A stretch of 64,000 nucleotides of DNA, from IMG/VR virus record IMGVR_UViG_3300045988_060114. One strand, written 5' to 3'. Origin of the DNA: a virus. The stretch's first letter is position 1, and every line of letters starts with the position of its first letter. The position numbers were made by a program, and so were the translations under genes. The notes below the pieces were generated by a model, which was given only the letters and a program-made list of their open reading frames with translations, made no database searches and had not been told where the DNA came from. Shown here in pieces: positions 52,472 through 62,563 of this stretch.

Positions 52472-53386
52472 TTATTTTAATTTAGCGTTATATGTATACT
52501 CTCCTGCTTTCAACTCATCTGTCCAATAAAAGTATATGTCTCCTACCTTGGTGGAGTAGAGGGATGCGATGAGTCCTGACTGATAGAACTCTACTGGCAC
52601 ACGGCTGGCAAACCAGATGTATGGTTTTTCTTTGGTGGTGGTGATGGTTATAGACTTACCTACTATGTCACCAACTACCTTGGCAAGGTCTTCCATGTTG
52701 AACTGGCACATATTCTTGGCAGCGGTGGCTCCATAATAATAGATGTTATCATCGCCATTTGCCATGATGCTTACGTAGCCTGATACGGCTGGAATCTCTA
52801 TCTTGCCATCCTTGTAGGTTTCTCTTGTGATGTCGGTTCCGTCCATGACTACCTTCACCAAACCGAGATTGAAACCTTCGGCTGGAGTCAGCGTTGCTTC
52901 ATACTTCTCGCCCAGCTTCAATGTAGCAGGAGTAGAGGAGAGGGTAACATCATCCAATGAGTAGACAAAGGTGCAGTCAGACTGGTTTTTGGTGACCATA
53001 TAGTATCGAAGGTCGAACATTCCAACCGTCTCGCCTTGGAAGACTCCACAAGGAACCTTCACCCTATTGTTGGTCTCAATAATCTGCAAGATGTTTCGCT
53101 CCACACTCTTCATGGCATAACCATCGTAGTTCCATGATACGGCTACATTGTAGTTGCCGATGTCTAGGGTGGATGGGATATTGCACACCAGTACATTATG
53201 CTCTATGCCACCGATGGACGTGGGAACGATGATGGAATCATCGAAACAGCATTGCAGTTCCACCTTGATGTCGGACGCCTGAGTCATATCGAAGTCAACC
53301 AAGCGGTTGAACTCCTTAGACATATCCATCTTTCTGACCAAGATGTGGAGTTTGAAAGCGTTGCCTTGTACAATTTTATAAATCAT
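52472..53386 (-). CDS. structural protein, probably Ig-like/fibre-associated (304 aa)
   Basis: First ORF downstream of composite promoter P3. Beta-rich sequence. Confidence 0.6.
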   Translation of the reverse strand: MIYKIVQGNAFKLHILVRKMDMSKEFNRLVDFDMTQASDIKVELQCCFDDSIIVPTSIGGIEHNVLVCNIPSTLDIGNYNVAVSWNYDGYAMKSVERNILQIIETNNRVKVPCGVFQGETVGMFDLRYYMVTKNQSDCTFVYSLDDVTLSSTPATLKLGEKYEATLTPAEGFNLGLVKVVMDGTDITRETYKDGKIEIPAVSGYVSIMANGDDNIYYYGATAAKNMCQFNMEDLAKVVGDIVGKSITITTTKEKPYIWFASRVPVEFYQSGLIASLYSTKVGDIYFYWTDELKAGEYTYNAKLK

Positions 53387-53412
53387 ATTTGATACACATT
53401 ATTAATAATACG

Positions 53413-53455
53413 CAAAGATAGACAGAATTTTCTCTACCTATCCTTTATCCGTTAA
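53413..53455 (-). promoter_or_regulatory. phage composite promoter P3: TTAACGGATAAA-N23-TATCTTTG
   Basis: Minus-strand 12-mer at 53444-53455 and -7 box at 53413-53420, with a 23-nt gap. Confidence 0.65.
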
Positions 53456-53473
53456 CACTTGAATAGAAAAACT

Positions 53474-53779
53474 TTAGATTAAGCCTTTCCAGCGTAGGAA
53501 TTTGCGTTTTCGGCTGAGTTTTCCCTTCTTACTCTTGCAGTTGGTATGATAGACACAATCACGGAAGAGGTCTCTAACCTTCATGTCTTTATCTACCAGC
53601 TTTGTCTTCTTGAACGCTTCAAAATAGGAGCGGTTCATAATCATCAAGTTGCCCTTCTGCGTAGGGAGGACATAGAAGATGTCACCGTGGTTCTTCTTTG
53701 CTGCGAGGTCTGCCTTAGCCGTAGCTTGGCGGTACATGATTTCGCACTTGATGCGCTTGATAATGTTTTTTACTTTCAT
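53474..53779 (-). CDS. small basic protein (101 aa)
   Basis: ORF downstream of terL. Confidence 0.5.
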   Translation of the reverse strand: MKVKNIIKRIKCEIMYRQATAKADLAAKKNHGDIFYVLPTQKGNLMIMNRSYFEAFKKTKLVDKDMKVRDLFRDCVYHTNCKSKKGKLSRKRKFLRWKGLI

Positions 53780-53803
53780 AATGGTAATTATTAATTATTG
53801 ATA

Positions 53804-55984
53804 TTATATGATGGTTGCTGCCGAAACAGAAACCTTTCTTCTCATTACTCTTGCCTGATATTGAATCATCTTTGGCATTTCCATTTCATTGAAACAGATG
53901 TGAAGTCCGATGGCTCTGGTCATGAGCAAATCATCGTGCTTTCCGTCGATGGCTCCGTATGCTCCGTTCTTCTTACGCTCGTAGGTAAGGAACTCATTCA
54001 GGCATCGTTGGTCACGCTCAACGTATAGATGCTCTCTGACTACCTGAACCAAAACAGAGATAACCATTGGCTTGGTTGCCACATTGGTATGGAATCCGTA
54101 CTTGCGTGGAAGACCTTCCTTGATGTCAGCTTCGCTCTGCTTGCGTGCATAGAGATTATCGTACTCATCCTTTATTTGATTCAGGATGAACTCAGACTGG
54201 TCACCACCTTCCAAGATGTGCTCCTTGTCTTTCGTCTCCAAGGTGTTGGATTCAATCACCAATAGGGCATTGTCGTAGTACTTGGCTATCTGAGCTGCCT
54301 TCCATGCCAGCAAGTCCATATCTATGTGCCCGTACCATTGGGCTACCACGTATGGTTTGCCGCCTTCTATCATCCAATATCGGTCGAAGACACAGATAAC
54401 AGACCAGTCTGCCTTACTACCTCTACCGCCAATATCCACGACAACCAGATAGCGGTTTGTGACCTTGCAATCGTCAAAGTACTCTGGCTTGCTCCATATC
54501 CACAACTGCCCAGTCTTGTCTTCTGTGAATCGAACATTCTGTAGGCACTTCTTGCCCTTATATCCGTCTCCATACACATCACCGATGAACTTAGGTGCTC
54601 GGCAACCTTTCTTGAACTGGTCAACCTTCTCTTCTGCAAATACCTTGGCTCCTGAGTGCTTAAAGGCCTCTACTGGGTCAGAAGGGAATCCGCTAGCCAT
54701 ATCGCCATGGTCAGTGAACTTCTTGCGCTCCATGATATACCAGTTGAGAGCTTCCAAAGGTGCTCCCATCTGCCACAACTTCCAAAGGTAGGTAACTGGC
54801 TCCTCACGATTAGACATCGTGTTGGTGTTGTTGCGGTTGTCGTACAACCATTTTGCGAACTCCTCTTTCTGTTTCTTACTCTCGAAGTCAAGATGGTATA
54901 GGTCGTAAATCTCGAACCAAGGTACGAAGAACGGCTCAAATACCGATTCTCCTGCTTCTGCTGCCAACCACTCCTGATGGAAGAAGTTTCCAGTACCATT
55001 TGCGGTTGATTCATATACTATCATCGTGTATGGTCTGTAGAGTACACCATTGGTCGCATTCTGTACAACTTCCTCAGGAGACTTGCCTTCCGTCTTCTCC
55101 CACAATCCCACCTCGGAACAATGGATAAGGTTGTAGTCTTCACCATTGGCAGAAGTTGGTTTCTGCATGGAACCCACCTTGATTTTGCAGAATCTCTGAG
55201 GAACCTTCTTGACGTTACCTGATGTTCCGAATCCTACAAACTTAGGCTCGTTCTCGGTATATGCTTCTCCCATTTCATGCAGGAACTTGACTGGGAACAT
55301 CTTCAATGCTTCATCAAACATTCCTCGGATGGTTTCTGCGGTGTCCTTGACCTGAGCCACGATGAGCGAATTGAGTCCCTTCTGCCACATGAGTTGCAGC
55401 CAAAGGAAGTACATCTGAATAACCGTTGAACCTCCCCATTGTCGGGCTTTCAGCAGGATGAGACGGATAGGGCGATTCTTCTTTCTACGCTCCTCCAGCC
55501 ACCTGAGCAATCTACGCTGCGGTCTTCTGAGCACAAAGCGGAAGGGGAGACCTCCACCTTTCGGCTTGATATAAATGAATACGGCAAAGAAAAAGAATGG
55601 GTCATGTTTCATTCTGATGCGAGTAAACTGCTCCACCAGTTGTTCCATTTCCTCCTCCTCGTTGTACGGCTCGTCTATATCTTTGTGCAGTTCCTCGATT
55701 ACTGCCTTGCAGCTACCCAATTCAATGAGCATCTTCACGAGCGGAATCTTCTTCATTGATATAGGAAGGTTCTGTTTCTGAATCGGGTAATCGGGCAGGA
55801 AGAGCTGGAACCGCTTATCTCCACAACCTTCACCCTTGACGGGATTGAAGGGCGTGTTGATTTCCTTGATGCGTTTCTCGTTCTCCTGAAGGATGGATTT
55901 ATAGTGCTTGGCTAGTGCATCGGTTACTGGCGGCTTGGTGGCGGTTACTTGTCTTGGCATAGCGGTGCGTTTAGATAACCCCAC
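53804..55984 (-). CDS. terL: terminase large subunit
   Basis: LLKARQWGGSTVIQMY (Walker-A-like ATPase motif) and VVVDIGGRGSKADWSVICVFD (RNase-H-like nuclease). Confidence 0.85.
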   Translation of the reverse strand: MGLSKRTAMPRQVTATKPPVTDALAKHYKSILQENEKRIKEINTPFNPVKGEGCGDKRFQLFLPDYPIQKQNLPISMKKIPLVKMLIELGSCKAVIEELHKDIDEPYNEEEEMEQLVEQFTRIRMKHDPFFFFAVFIYIKPKGGGLPFRFVLRRPQRRLLRWLEERRKKNRPIRLILLKARQWGGSTVIQMYFLWLQLMWQKGLNSLIVAQVKDTAETIRGMFDEALKMFPVKFLHEMGEAYTENEPKFVGFGTSGNVKKVPQRFCKIKVGSMQKPTSANGEDYNLIHCSEVGLWEKTEGKSPEEVVQNATNGVLYRPYTMIVYESTANGTGNFFHQEWLAAEAGESVFEPFFVPWFEIYDLYHLDFESKKQKEEFAKWLYDNRNNTNTMSNREEPVTYLWKLWQMGAPLEALNWYIMERKKFTDHGDMASGFPSDPVEAFKHSGAKVFAEEKVDQFKKGCRAPKFIGDVYGDGYKGKKCLQNVRFTEDKTGQLWIWSKPEYFDDCKVTNRYLVVVDIGGRGSKADWSVICVFDRYWMIEGGKPYVVAQWYGHIDMDLLAWKAAQIAKYYDNALLVIESNTLETKDKEHILEGGDQSEFILNQIKDEYDNLYARKQSEADIKEGLPRKYGFHTNVATKPMVISVLVQVVREHLYVERDQRCLNEFLTYERKKNGAYGAIDGKHDDLLMTRAIGLHICFNEMEMPKMIQYQARVMRRKVSVSAATII

Positions 55985-56424
55985 AACAGACCAAGTACAT
56001 AGCAGTAGATGTGGACTCCAACTGCCATGCAGGGAATGAAGATTCCGATACTGATATAGATTAAGATAATTGTATTGTACCTTATCTTATTATTAACGTA
56101 AGGGGCAATAAAGCCCATGTAGGCATAGATAAAACCGCTGAGACCAATGATTGGTACGGAGGATTGGTAAGGATAGCTGATAGCGATGAGATAGAATGCG
56201 ACCATGTGACCGATGCCACAAGGTATGGCTCGATAACACTGATGGAAAACATATAAGTTGATGGCGGCATGGAAGACGTTCTGATGAAAGAACGGATAAC
56301 TGATGCGCTGCCAAAGAGTGCAGCCATCTGACAAGCCCATGCCGTCATAGCCCATAAAAGTGATACACATTATTATAATGTACCCTGCATAAAGCGCAAT
56401 CTTCTCTTTCGCTCCTCGTAGCAT
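55945..56424 (-). CDS. rhomboid-family intramembrane serine protease (minimal core; alternative start 56370)
   Basis: FFHQNVFHAAINL (H..(x)..HxxxN), IIGLSGFIYAYMGF (GxSGxxxxxxG) and GVHIYCYVLGLLWG (H...GxxxG). These align with E. coli GlpG HILFN, GLSGVVYALMGY and HIAGLAVGLAMA. Confidence 0.75.
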   Translation of the reverse strand: MLRGAKEKIALYAGYIIIMCITFMGYDGMGLSDGCTLWQRISYPFFHQNVFHAAINLYVFHQCYRAIPCGIGHMVAFYLIAISYPYQSSVPIIGLSGFIYAYMGFIAPYVNNKIRYNTIILIYISIGIFIPCMAVGVHIYCYVLGLLWGYLNAPLCQDK

Positions 56425-56828
56425 CTTTTCTTCTCCTCCTTTCTCACCCTATAAAGTATGACGTGCATGGTTTGCGGAGTAAGATAGAAGCTGGGTGCTG
56501 GCTCGTAGCATACACGTTTGATAATATCCATCTTGGATAAGTGTGGATATTGCTTTCTATAATTCTTGAATCTTCTGAAAATCTCCTGATACATTGCCCT
56601 TCTGGTTGGTATCATATAATCAATGGATTTTCCCAACAATAAGTCTAATATGACTATATAAGCACGGTCTTCTGAGACCCAAAATCTACAGCTCGGAGAC
56701 TGGGATAGTTTTTCCTCAATCTCTGAGAGTGTTATATTGTCTCCTGTCGTAAGTATCTCACGATAAGCCCTCAATATATCAGCATCACGTTCTTCTTTAA
56801 AATCACATCGTGAATCCTTATATTTCAT
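56373..56828 (-). CDS. hypothetical protein, first gene of the packaging operon (possible small terminase; start trimmed to MKYKDSR)
   Basis: The ATG at 56828 lies 11 nt downstream of a minus-strand TATATTTG box (56840-56847). Function inferred from position only. Confidence 0.5.
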   Translation of the reverse strand: MKYKDSRCDFKEERDADILRAYREILTTGDNITLSEIEEKLSQSPSCRFWVSEDRAYIVILDLLLGKSIDYMIPTRRAMYQEIFRRFKNYRKQYPHLSKMDIIKRVCYEPAPSFYLTPQTMHVILYRVRKEEKKRCYEERKRRLRFMQGTL

Positions 56829-56839
56829 ATCTGACCCTG

Positions 56840-56847
56840 CAAATATA
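56840..56847 (-). promoter_or_regulatory. -7 box TATATTTG for the packaging operon
   Basis: Reverse complement of caaatata. Confidence 0.45.
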
Positions 56848-56886
56848 CAAAAAATAATTGAATTAGTCGTATTAGAATAACGATAA

Positions 56887-56929
56887 TTAACGGATAAAGT
56901 AGAAATTAGCCGAAAAAGCATTAATTTTG
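56887..56929 (+). promoter_or_regulatory. phage composite promoter P4: TTAACGGATAAA-N23-TAATTTTG
   Basis: 12-mer at 56887-56898 and -7 box at 56922-56929, with a 23-nt gap. Confidence 0.65.
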
Positions 56930-56960
56930 GGCATTGATTTATAAATTAATACATATATAT

Positions 56961-57776
56961 ATGCCAGATAATACAAATATTGAACAGAATGCTGGTGCTG
57001 CCAAGCAGCAGGAAACAAAGACCAAGAGAGACTTGGCTTTGGAGCGTTTGAAGACCCGACACCCCGACACAGAGTATGCGGATGATGAAGCTATGTATGG
57101 CGCAATCAATGATGATTATGATGCAGACCAGAAGGCTTTGCAGGGTTATAAGGATAATGAGAAGGCGATGGGTGACTGGTTGGGCAGTGACCCTGAGGCA
57201 GCTACCTTCCTACAAGCAATGAAGGCAGGTAAGAGTCCTTACGCTGAGTTGATTCGTACACATGGCGAGGATGCCATTGACTACTACTCTGACCCTGACA
57301 ATGCGGATGAGATTGCATCGGCTCAGTCGGAGTTCTTGCAGAATGCTGCCAACGGCAAGAAATTGCAGGAGGAGTATGACAAGAACATGCCATCCAGCTA
57401 TGAAGTATTCGACAAGTTGGAGGAGAAATATGGCGAGGAAGCGGTGAATGAAGCCATCGACCAATGCTTTCAGACTATGCGTAATGTGGTGACTGGCAAG
57501 TTTACAGAGGAAATGATTACTGCTTTCATCAAGGCTAAGAACCATGATACCGATGTGGCTGATGCAGCCCATGAAGGTGAGGTTCGTGGCAAGAACAGCA
57601 AGCACGTCAAGAACTTGCAGCTACGCAAGAAGGGTGATGGTACTGCCGACCTTGATTCTGCCAATGCGGAGACCAAACAGACAGATAACCAGCCAAACCT
57701 TGGTGCGCTTGGTAGGGCATCACGTAGGGGAAATATCTGGGAGCGTGGCAATGAGAAGAGAACACGCATTCGATAA
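56961..57776 (+). CDS. acidic alpha-helical protein, scaffold-like (start trimmed to MPDNTNIEQ)
   Basis: The track start 56934 is only 4 nt from the -7 box, whereas the ATG at 56961 is 31 nt downstream as at the other promoters. Lies upstream of the capsid gene. Confidence 0.55.
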   Translation: MPDNTNIEQNAGAAKQQETKTKRDLALERLKTRHPDTEYADDEAMYGAINDDYDADQKALQGYKDNEKAMGDWLGSDPEAATFLQAMKAGKSPYAELIRTHGEDAIDYYSDPDNADEIASAQSEFLQNAANGKKLQEEYDKNMPSSYEVFDKLEEKYGEEAVNEAIDQCFQTMRNVVTGKFTEEMITAFIKAKNHDTDVADAAHEGEVRGKNSKHVKNLQLRKKGDGTADLDSANAETKQTDNQPNLGALGRASRRGNIWERGNEKRTRIR

Positions 57777-57821
57777 GGTGAAAAGATAATATATAATGTT
57801 TAATTAATATTTTGGATAACA

Positions 57822-59363
57822 ATGAAGAAAAGTAACAAATTTAATCGGCTGCTTTCTATCTTTATGATGGTTATGGCAGTTATTTTTGGAGTGAATGGTC
57901 AGGTTATCATGGCTGAGGCGGCTCTGCCTGATGGCGGTAGTACCGAGAGTGGTCACGCTGCGGAGGCTGGTGGTGCTACTGCTGCCGATGATGCTGGCAA
58001 TGGCGGTGCTGCTCGTCAGGATGATGGTATTGCTACCGAAACCAAGGGTCGTGAGCATTATAACGAGAATGGCACGGAGTTCTATGAGAACGACATCAAC
58101 GATAAGATTACCAAGATTCGTCCGATGGCTACGCCAGTTGACCAGATTTCACGCTATGCTACAACTAAGTCTGCTGGCTCGTTTGTAGTTGAGTATTGGA
58201 GTATTGGTACACGTCCTATCAAGACTACCGTCAAGGAGACTACATTGGAAAGTACTGGTACATCTATGGTATTGAAGGTAGAAGACCCTGAAATGTTTAC
58301 GCTGGATGATACCATCCGAGTGGTAGGTGTTAAGGCGATTACCAACTACAAGAATCAGGCTTATGCAGACCTTACCGATGAACCTACTCCTGATTTGGAA
58401 CTTTGTGTGTGCGGTAAGGATAATGAGGGTTATCCTATTGTGTTTGCGGTAAATGGCAAATTGGTTAAGAAGCAGCCTATTGGTATTCCAGCCTTACAGA
58501 AGGGTCAGAAACTTATCCGTATGGCTAAGAGTTGCGGTGAGTTGGACGTACAGACGGGTCGTTTCAACAACCTTCCTGATTCTGATGTTCAGTACTGCCA
58601 GAACTTCATGATTCAGGTTGAGGAGAGCACCTTCAATAAGATTGCTGCTAAGCGAGTAGATTGGGACTTCTCTGACATCGAGGAGGATAGTATCTACGAT
58701 ATGCGTCTTGCTATGGAGGGTACTTATCTCTTCGGTGATATGGCTTGTATCAAGCATACTACCAAAAACAACTCTACTCAGTGGTTTACAAAGGGTATCT
58801 GGTGGATGGCTGGTAAGGACATTGAGGTAGGTCATGTTGCTACTGCTGACGATATAAAGAAGGGCTATGGTAAGAATGAGCGAGTGATTACAGACTTGGA
58901 GTTGGTTGACATTTCCAAGGACTTGTTTGTTGGTACTGGTATCGGCAACAAGCGCAAGGTGATTATCGCTGGCTCTGCCTTTGTGAGTGCATTCAGTAAG
59001 ATTGACTCTGACAAGTTCCGCTTGAAGGACACCGTAGAGGTTTGGGACTTGAAGTTCAAGAGTTGGGAGACCGACTTCGGTGAGGTGCTGATGATTCACT
59101 CTGAGTTGTTTGACCTCTTCGATATGAGTGACTGCGGCTTTGCCCTTGACCCTGAGTTCTTGGTTAAGCGAGTACACTTGTCTTGGACACGTAACGTGCT
59201 CGACTTGAAGAAGGCTGGCATCCGTAACACCGATGCAGTAGTTATTCAGGAGGTAGCTTGTCTGTACTTGAAGTACCCTAAGGCACACGCTCGTATGCGC
59301 CTTGCTGCGGTTCCTGCAACAGAAAGTGCAACTGATACAGAAGAGACCAAGGCTGCTGCCTAA
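57822..59363 (+). CDS. putative major capsid protein (alternative start 57909)
   Basis: Large ORF between the scaffold-like gene and a strong terminator. The hydrophobic N-terminus of the long form is atypical. Confidence 0.55.
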   Translation: MKKSNKFNRLLSIFMMVMAVIFGVNGQVIMAEAALPDGGSTESGHAAEAGGATAADDAGNGGAARQDDGIATETKGREHYNENGTEFYENDINDKITKIRPMATPVDQISRYATTKSAGSFVVEYWSIGTRPIKTTVKETTLESTGTSMVLKVEDPEMFTLDDTIRVVGVKAITNYKNQAYADLTDEPTPDLELCVCGKDNEGYPIVFAVNGKLVKKQPIGIPALQKGQKLIRMAKSCGELDVQTGRFNNLPDSDVQYCQNFMIQVEESTFNKIAAKRVDWDFSDIEEDSIYDMRLAMEGTYLFGDMACIKHTTKNNSTQWFTKGIWWMAGKDIEVGHVATADDIKKGYGKNERVITDLELVDISKDLFVGTGIGNKRKVIIAGSAFVSAFSKIDSDKFRLKDTVEVWDLKFKSWETDFGEVLMIHSELFDLFDMSDCGFALDPEFLVKRVHLSWTRNVLDLKKAGIRNTDAVVIQEVACLYLKYPKAHARMRLAAVPATESATDTEETKAAA

Positions 59364-59398
59364 AAGCAAGTAGATTTGTAAATTATTCATTAAATAGT

Positions 59399-59431
59399 GA
59401 GGGGTGTGGGCACTAGCCCCATCCCTTTTTT
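59399..59431 (+). terminator. rho-independent terminator after the capsid gene
   Basis: GC-rich imperfect hairpin GGGGTGTGGGC-ACTA-GCCCCATCCC followed by TTTTTT. Confidence 0.55.
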
Positions 59432-59459
59432 AGTAACACATATATAATAAGGTATAATC

Positions 59460-59867
59460 ATGTTTAAGAAATATCAAGCTGGTTCGGATTTAGCATTCAG
59501 CGTTATGGTAGGTAACGAGCGAATGCGTATTGTTTTTGAGGGTAAGACCATGGGAAGTAGTATCTATATGACAAGAGACCCTAAGGTACAGAAGGCTATC
59601 GAGTCTCATTATTGGTTCAACGACAAATTCTTCTTGGTGGAGAGTATTGACGAGAAGAAGGAAGCTGCGGAAGCCAAGAAGAAGGCTGCTGCCAAGGCAA
59701 AGAAGAAGGTGGCTGACGAGAAGAAGACTCACATTGTGACAGATGTTGAGGATGCCAAGGAATATCTGGCAGAGACCTTCGGTGTGAGTCGTTCCAAGAT
59801 GAAGACCAAGGACGATATTTTGGCGATTGCCAAAGAGAAGGGTGTTGAACTAGAAGGATTGGAATAA
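59460..59867 (+). CDS. hypothetical protein with an AKK-rich linker and an HeH/SAP-like C-terminus
   Basis: EAAEAKKKAAAKAKKKVADEKK followed by DAKEYLAETFGVSRSKMKTKDDILAIAKEKGV. Confidence 0.5.
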   Translation: MFKKYQAGSDLAFSVMVGNERMRIVFEGKTMGSSIYMTRDPKVQKAIESHYWFNDKFFLVESIDEKKEAAEAKKKAAAKAKKKVADEKKTHIVTDVEDAKEYLAETFGVSRSKMKTKDDILAIAKEKGVELEGLE

Positions 59868-60523
59868 TGAGTACGTATGCTGTATCTGAACTGGTGAAAG
59901 AAGTGAAGGTGCTCTTGGACAGGAACCAAGAGACTTCGGGCTTGCTGACTCCTACCGATACTGATACCTTGTCACAAGGCGAGTTGATTCAGAGTAAGAT
60001 AGTAGATGCAGCAAGAATCATATTGAAGGATGCTCCTGCCAGTATGCTGGATGGTAAGACTTTCAATGAATTGAATACTGCTTGGGCTGAATCAAATGGT
60101 GCTTATGTGGGAACCGTCTATCTGCCTTCCGACATGATTAGACTCCTTAACGTGAAGGCTAGTGACTGGAACCGCTCGGCTGAGATAATAACAGAAGAGG
60201 ATGATGCCTACAAGATTCAGTGTAACCGATTCGGAGTAAGGGGAAATCCTGAGCGACCTATCGCTGCACTCATTCATAATAGCGGTAATCGGTACTTGGA
60301 ACTTTTCACAAGCAAGAGTAATACGGCTACCGTATCGCTTACCTATGTGGGTATGCCTTCTATTAGTGAAGGTAATATTGATTTGCCTGAAACATTGAAG
60401 GATTCCATCGTGTATATGGCTGGCTACCTCACTTGCATCAGTCTTGGCGATACCGATACCGCAAGCGGATTGCTTGGGGTGGCTCGGAAGCTGGCACATA
60501 TTGTTGAACCTACAACATCATAA
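59867..60523 (+). CDS. hypothetical head-associated protein (218 aa)
   Basis: ORF with an ATGA-type overlap to the upstream gene. Confidence 0.55.
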   Translation: MSTYAVSELVKEVKVLLDRNQETSGLLTPTDTDTLSQGELIQSKIVDAARIILKDAPASMLDGKTFNELNTAWAESNGAYVGTVYLPSDMIRLLNVKASDWNRSAEIITEEDDAYKIQCNRFGVRGNPERPIAALIHNSGNRYLELFTSKSNTATVSLTYVGMPSISEGNIDLPETLKDSIVYMAGYLTCISLGDTDTASGLLGVARKLAHIVEPTTS

Positions 60524-60526
60524 ATT

Positions 60527-62563
60527 ATGGCAAAGAAGAAAGAAGAAACAAAACTGCTATCGTTGAGCAGGGTGCTTGACAAGGAAGAACTGGATAGCGT
60601 GAAGGCATCCAAGAACCGATTTGACAAGCCATACGAGCGTGCCTTCTCTATCTTGCTGGAGGCTCAGCGATATTACAATAACATGGATAACTTCCGAAAG
60701 CGAAGACTGAGAAACAAGCGATATTGCTATGGAGACCAATGGGGAGATACCATTGAGTTCAAAAGCAAGTGTGGCTTTACTAAGCGTATCAGGGAGGAAG
60801 ACTATATCCGTGAGCAGGGTAGCGAACCATTGAAGAACAACCTTATCCGTAGGTTGGTGAAGAATGTGCTGGGTGTATATCGCTCTCAGAGCAAGGAGCC
60901 AACATGTAACGCAAGAGATAAGGATGAGAAGCGATATGGTGAGACCATGAGCGTGGTGCTGCAATGTAACCGACAACTGAACCGAGAGACGGAACTGGAT
61001 GCACGAACCATGGAAGAGTTCATGATAAGCGGTGCTGCTATCTATAAGAAGAAGTATGGATGGCGAAGAGGTAGGTTGGATTGCTGGACAGACTACGTGA
61101 ACCCGAACAATTTCTTCATAGACAACAATATGAGGGATTTCCGTGGTTGGGACGTGAGTTGTTTGGGTGAGGTGCATGATATTACCATTGGCAACGTACT
61201 GAGAGAGTTTGCCAAGTCTCCTGCTGAGGCTCGTAAGTTGAAGGAGATATACAGACTGGCAGCTAATAGAGATTTTGTGATTGCTGACTGCACTCAGCGA
61301 TTTGGTGAGTTCGACCCTAAGACTATCGACTTTATGAATCCTGCCAATCCTTCGCTCTGCCGAGTGATTGAGGTTTGGCGAAAGGAGAGTAAACCGAGAT
61401 ACCGATGCCATGATTACAACAATGGTGACGATTTCAAGATTGATATTGAGGATAAGGCTGATATTGTAGATGCAGAGAACAGAAACCGAATCAGGAGAGG
61501 TCTGGCTGCTGGCATGCTGGAAGAGGATATTCCTCTGATTGATGCCGAGTGGTTTATGGATGATTACTGGCATTTCTATTATCTTTCTCCTTTCGGTGAT
61601 ATTCTGAGAGAAGGCGAGACCCCTTATGCTCATGGTGAGCATCCATATTGTTTCAAGTTCTATCCATTCATTGATGGCGAGATTCACAGCTTCGTGGAAG
61701 ATGTGATAGACCAGCAGAGATACGTGAACCGACTTATTACGATGTATGACTTCATCATGCGTGCGAGTGCCAAGGGTGTGCTGCTCTGTCCTGAGGATTG
61801 TCTTCCTGATGATATGAGTTGGGATGATTTCTGCGATGAGTGGAGTAGATTTAATGGTGTGGTGAGATACAAGCCAAACAAGAGTGGTCAGGTTCCTCAG
61901 CAAGTTGCCAACAACTCTACGAATATCGGTATCGGTGACTTGCTCAGTTATCAGTTGAAGTTCTTCGAGGATATATCAGGAGTGAATGGTGCGCTGCAAG
62001 GGAAACAAGGAGTATCGGGTACGAGCGGTTCGCTCTATGCACAGCAGACACAGAATGCTACCATGTCGCTGCTTGATATTTTGGAGAGTTTCAGCCAGTT
62101 TATCATTGATGGTGCTTACAAGACCGTTAAGAATATGCAGCAGTACTATGATGTGGCTCGCAACTTCAATATTGTGGGTAGGGCAGGACAGATAGTGCGC
62201 TATGACCCTAAGAAGATTAGAGACGTGGAGTTTGACATCAACATCACGGAAAGTACGGCTACTCCTGTATACAGACAGATGGCAAATGAGTTCCTTATGA
62301 CCTTGTGGCAGAATCAGGCTATCACGCTGGAGCAGTTGCTGCAAGTAGGAGATTTCCCATTTGGAGAGGAGTTGCTGCAATCGGTTGCTTCCAACCAGCA
62401 AGCCATTCAGAATGGTGAGACTCCACAAGGATTCTCTCCTCAGCTTCAAGCCCAAGTGGCTCAGGCATCACAGAGCAATCCGAAGGCTCAGGCGATGTTG
62501 CAGCAGATGATGAGCGGTCAGGGAGTTAGTCCTGACGGACAGAATCCACCATTGGCGGCTTAG
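60527..62563 (+). CDS. putative portal protein (678 aa)
   Basis: Size, position in the head module and Q-rich C-terminal tail. No diagnostic motif recognised. Confidence 0.5.
   Translation: MAKKKEETKLLSLSRVLDKEELDSVKASKNRFDKPYERAFSILLEAQRYYNNMDNFRKRRLRNKRYCYGDQWGDTIEFKSKCGFTKRIREEDYIREQGSEPLKNNLIRRLVKNVLGVYRSQSKEPTCNARDKDEKRYGETMSVVLQCNRQLNRETELDARTMEEFMISGAAIYKKKYGWRRGRLDCWTDYVNPNNFFIDNNMRDFRGWDVSCLGEVHDITIGNVLREFAKSPAEARKLKEIYRLAANRDFVIADCTQRFGEFDPKTIDFMNPANPSLCRVIEVWRKESKPRYRCHDYNNGDDFKIDIEDKADIVDAENRNRIRRGLAAGMLEEDIPLIDAEWFMDDYWHFYYLSPFGDILREGETPYAHGEHPYCFKFYPFIDGEIHSFVEDVIDQQRYVNRLITMYDFIMRASAKGVLLCPEDCLPDDMSWDDFCDEWSRFNGVVRYKPNKSGQVPQQVANNSTNIGIGDLLSYQLKFFEDISGVNGALQGKQGVSGTSGSLYAQQTQNATMSLLDILESFSQFIIDGAYKTVKNMQQYYDVARNFNIVGRAGQIVRYDPKKIRDVEFDINITESTATPVYRQMANEFLMTLWQNQAITLEQLLQVGDFPFGEELLQSVASNQQAIQNGETPQGFSPQLQAQVAQASQSNPKAQAMLQQMMSGQGVSPDGQNPPLAA

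Noticed and set aside
42563-56960. ORF-track start codons at 42563 and 56934.
   Set aside because: Both lie within or 4 nt after a TAnnTTTG -7 box. The internal ATGs at 42629 and 56961 fit the roughly 25-65 nt box-to-ATG distances seen at the other promoters.
57822-57908. Signal-peptide-like N-terminus (MKKSNKFNRLLSIFMMVMAVIFGVNG) on the putative major capsid protein, suggesting a secreted protein.
   Set aside because: It is more likely a mis-called start. A TATTTTTG -7-like box lies at 57881-57888 and an in-frame ATG at 57909. This is kept only as an alternative-start note.
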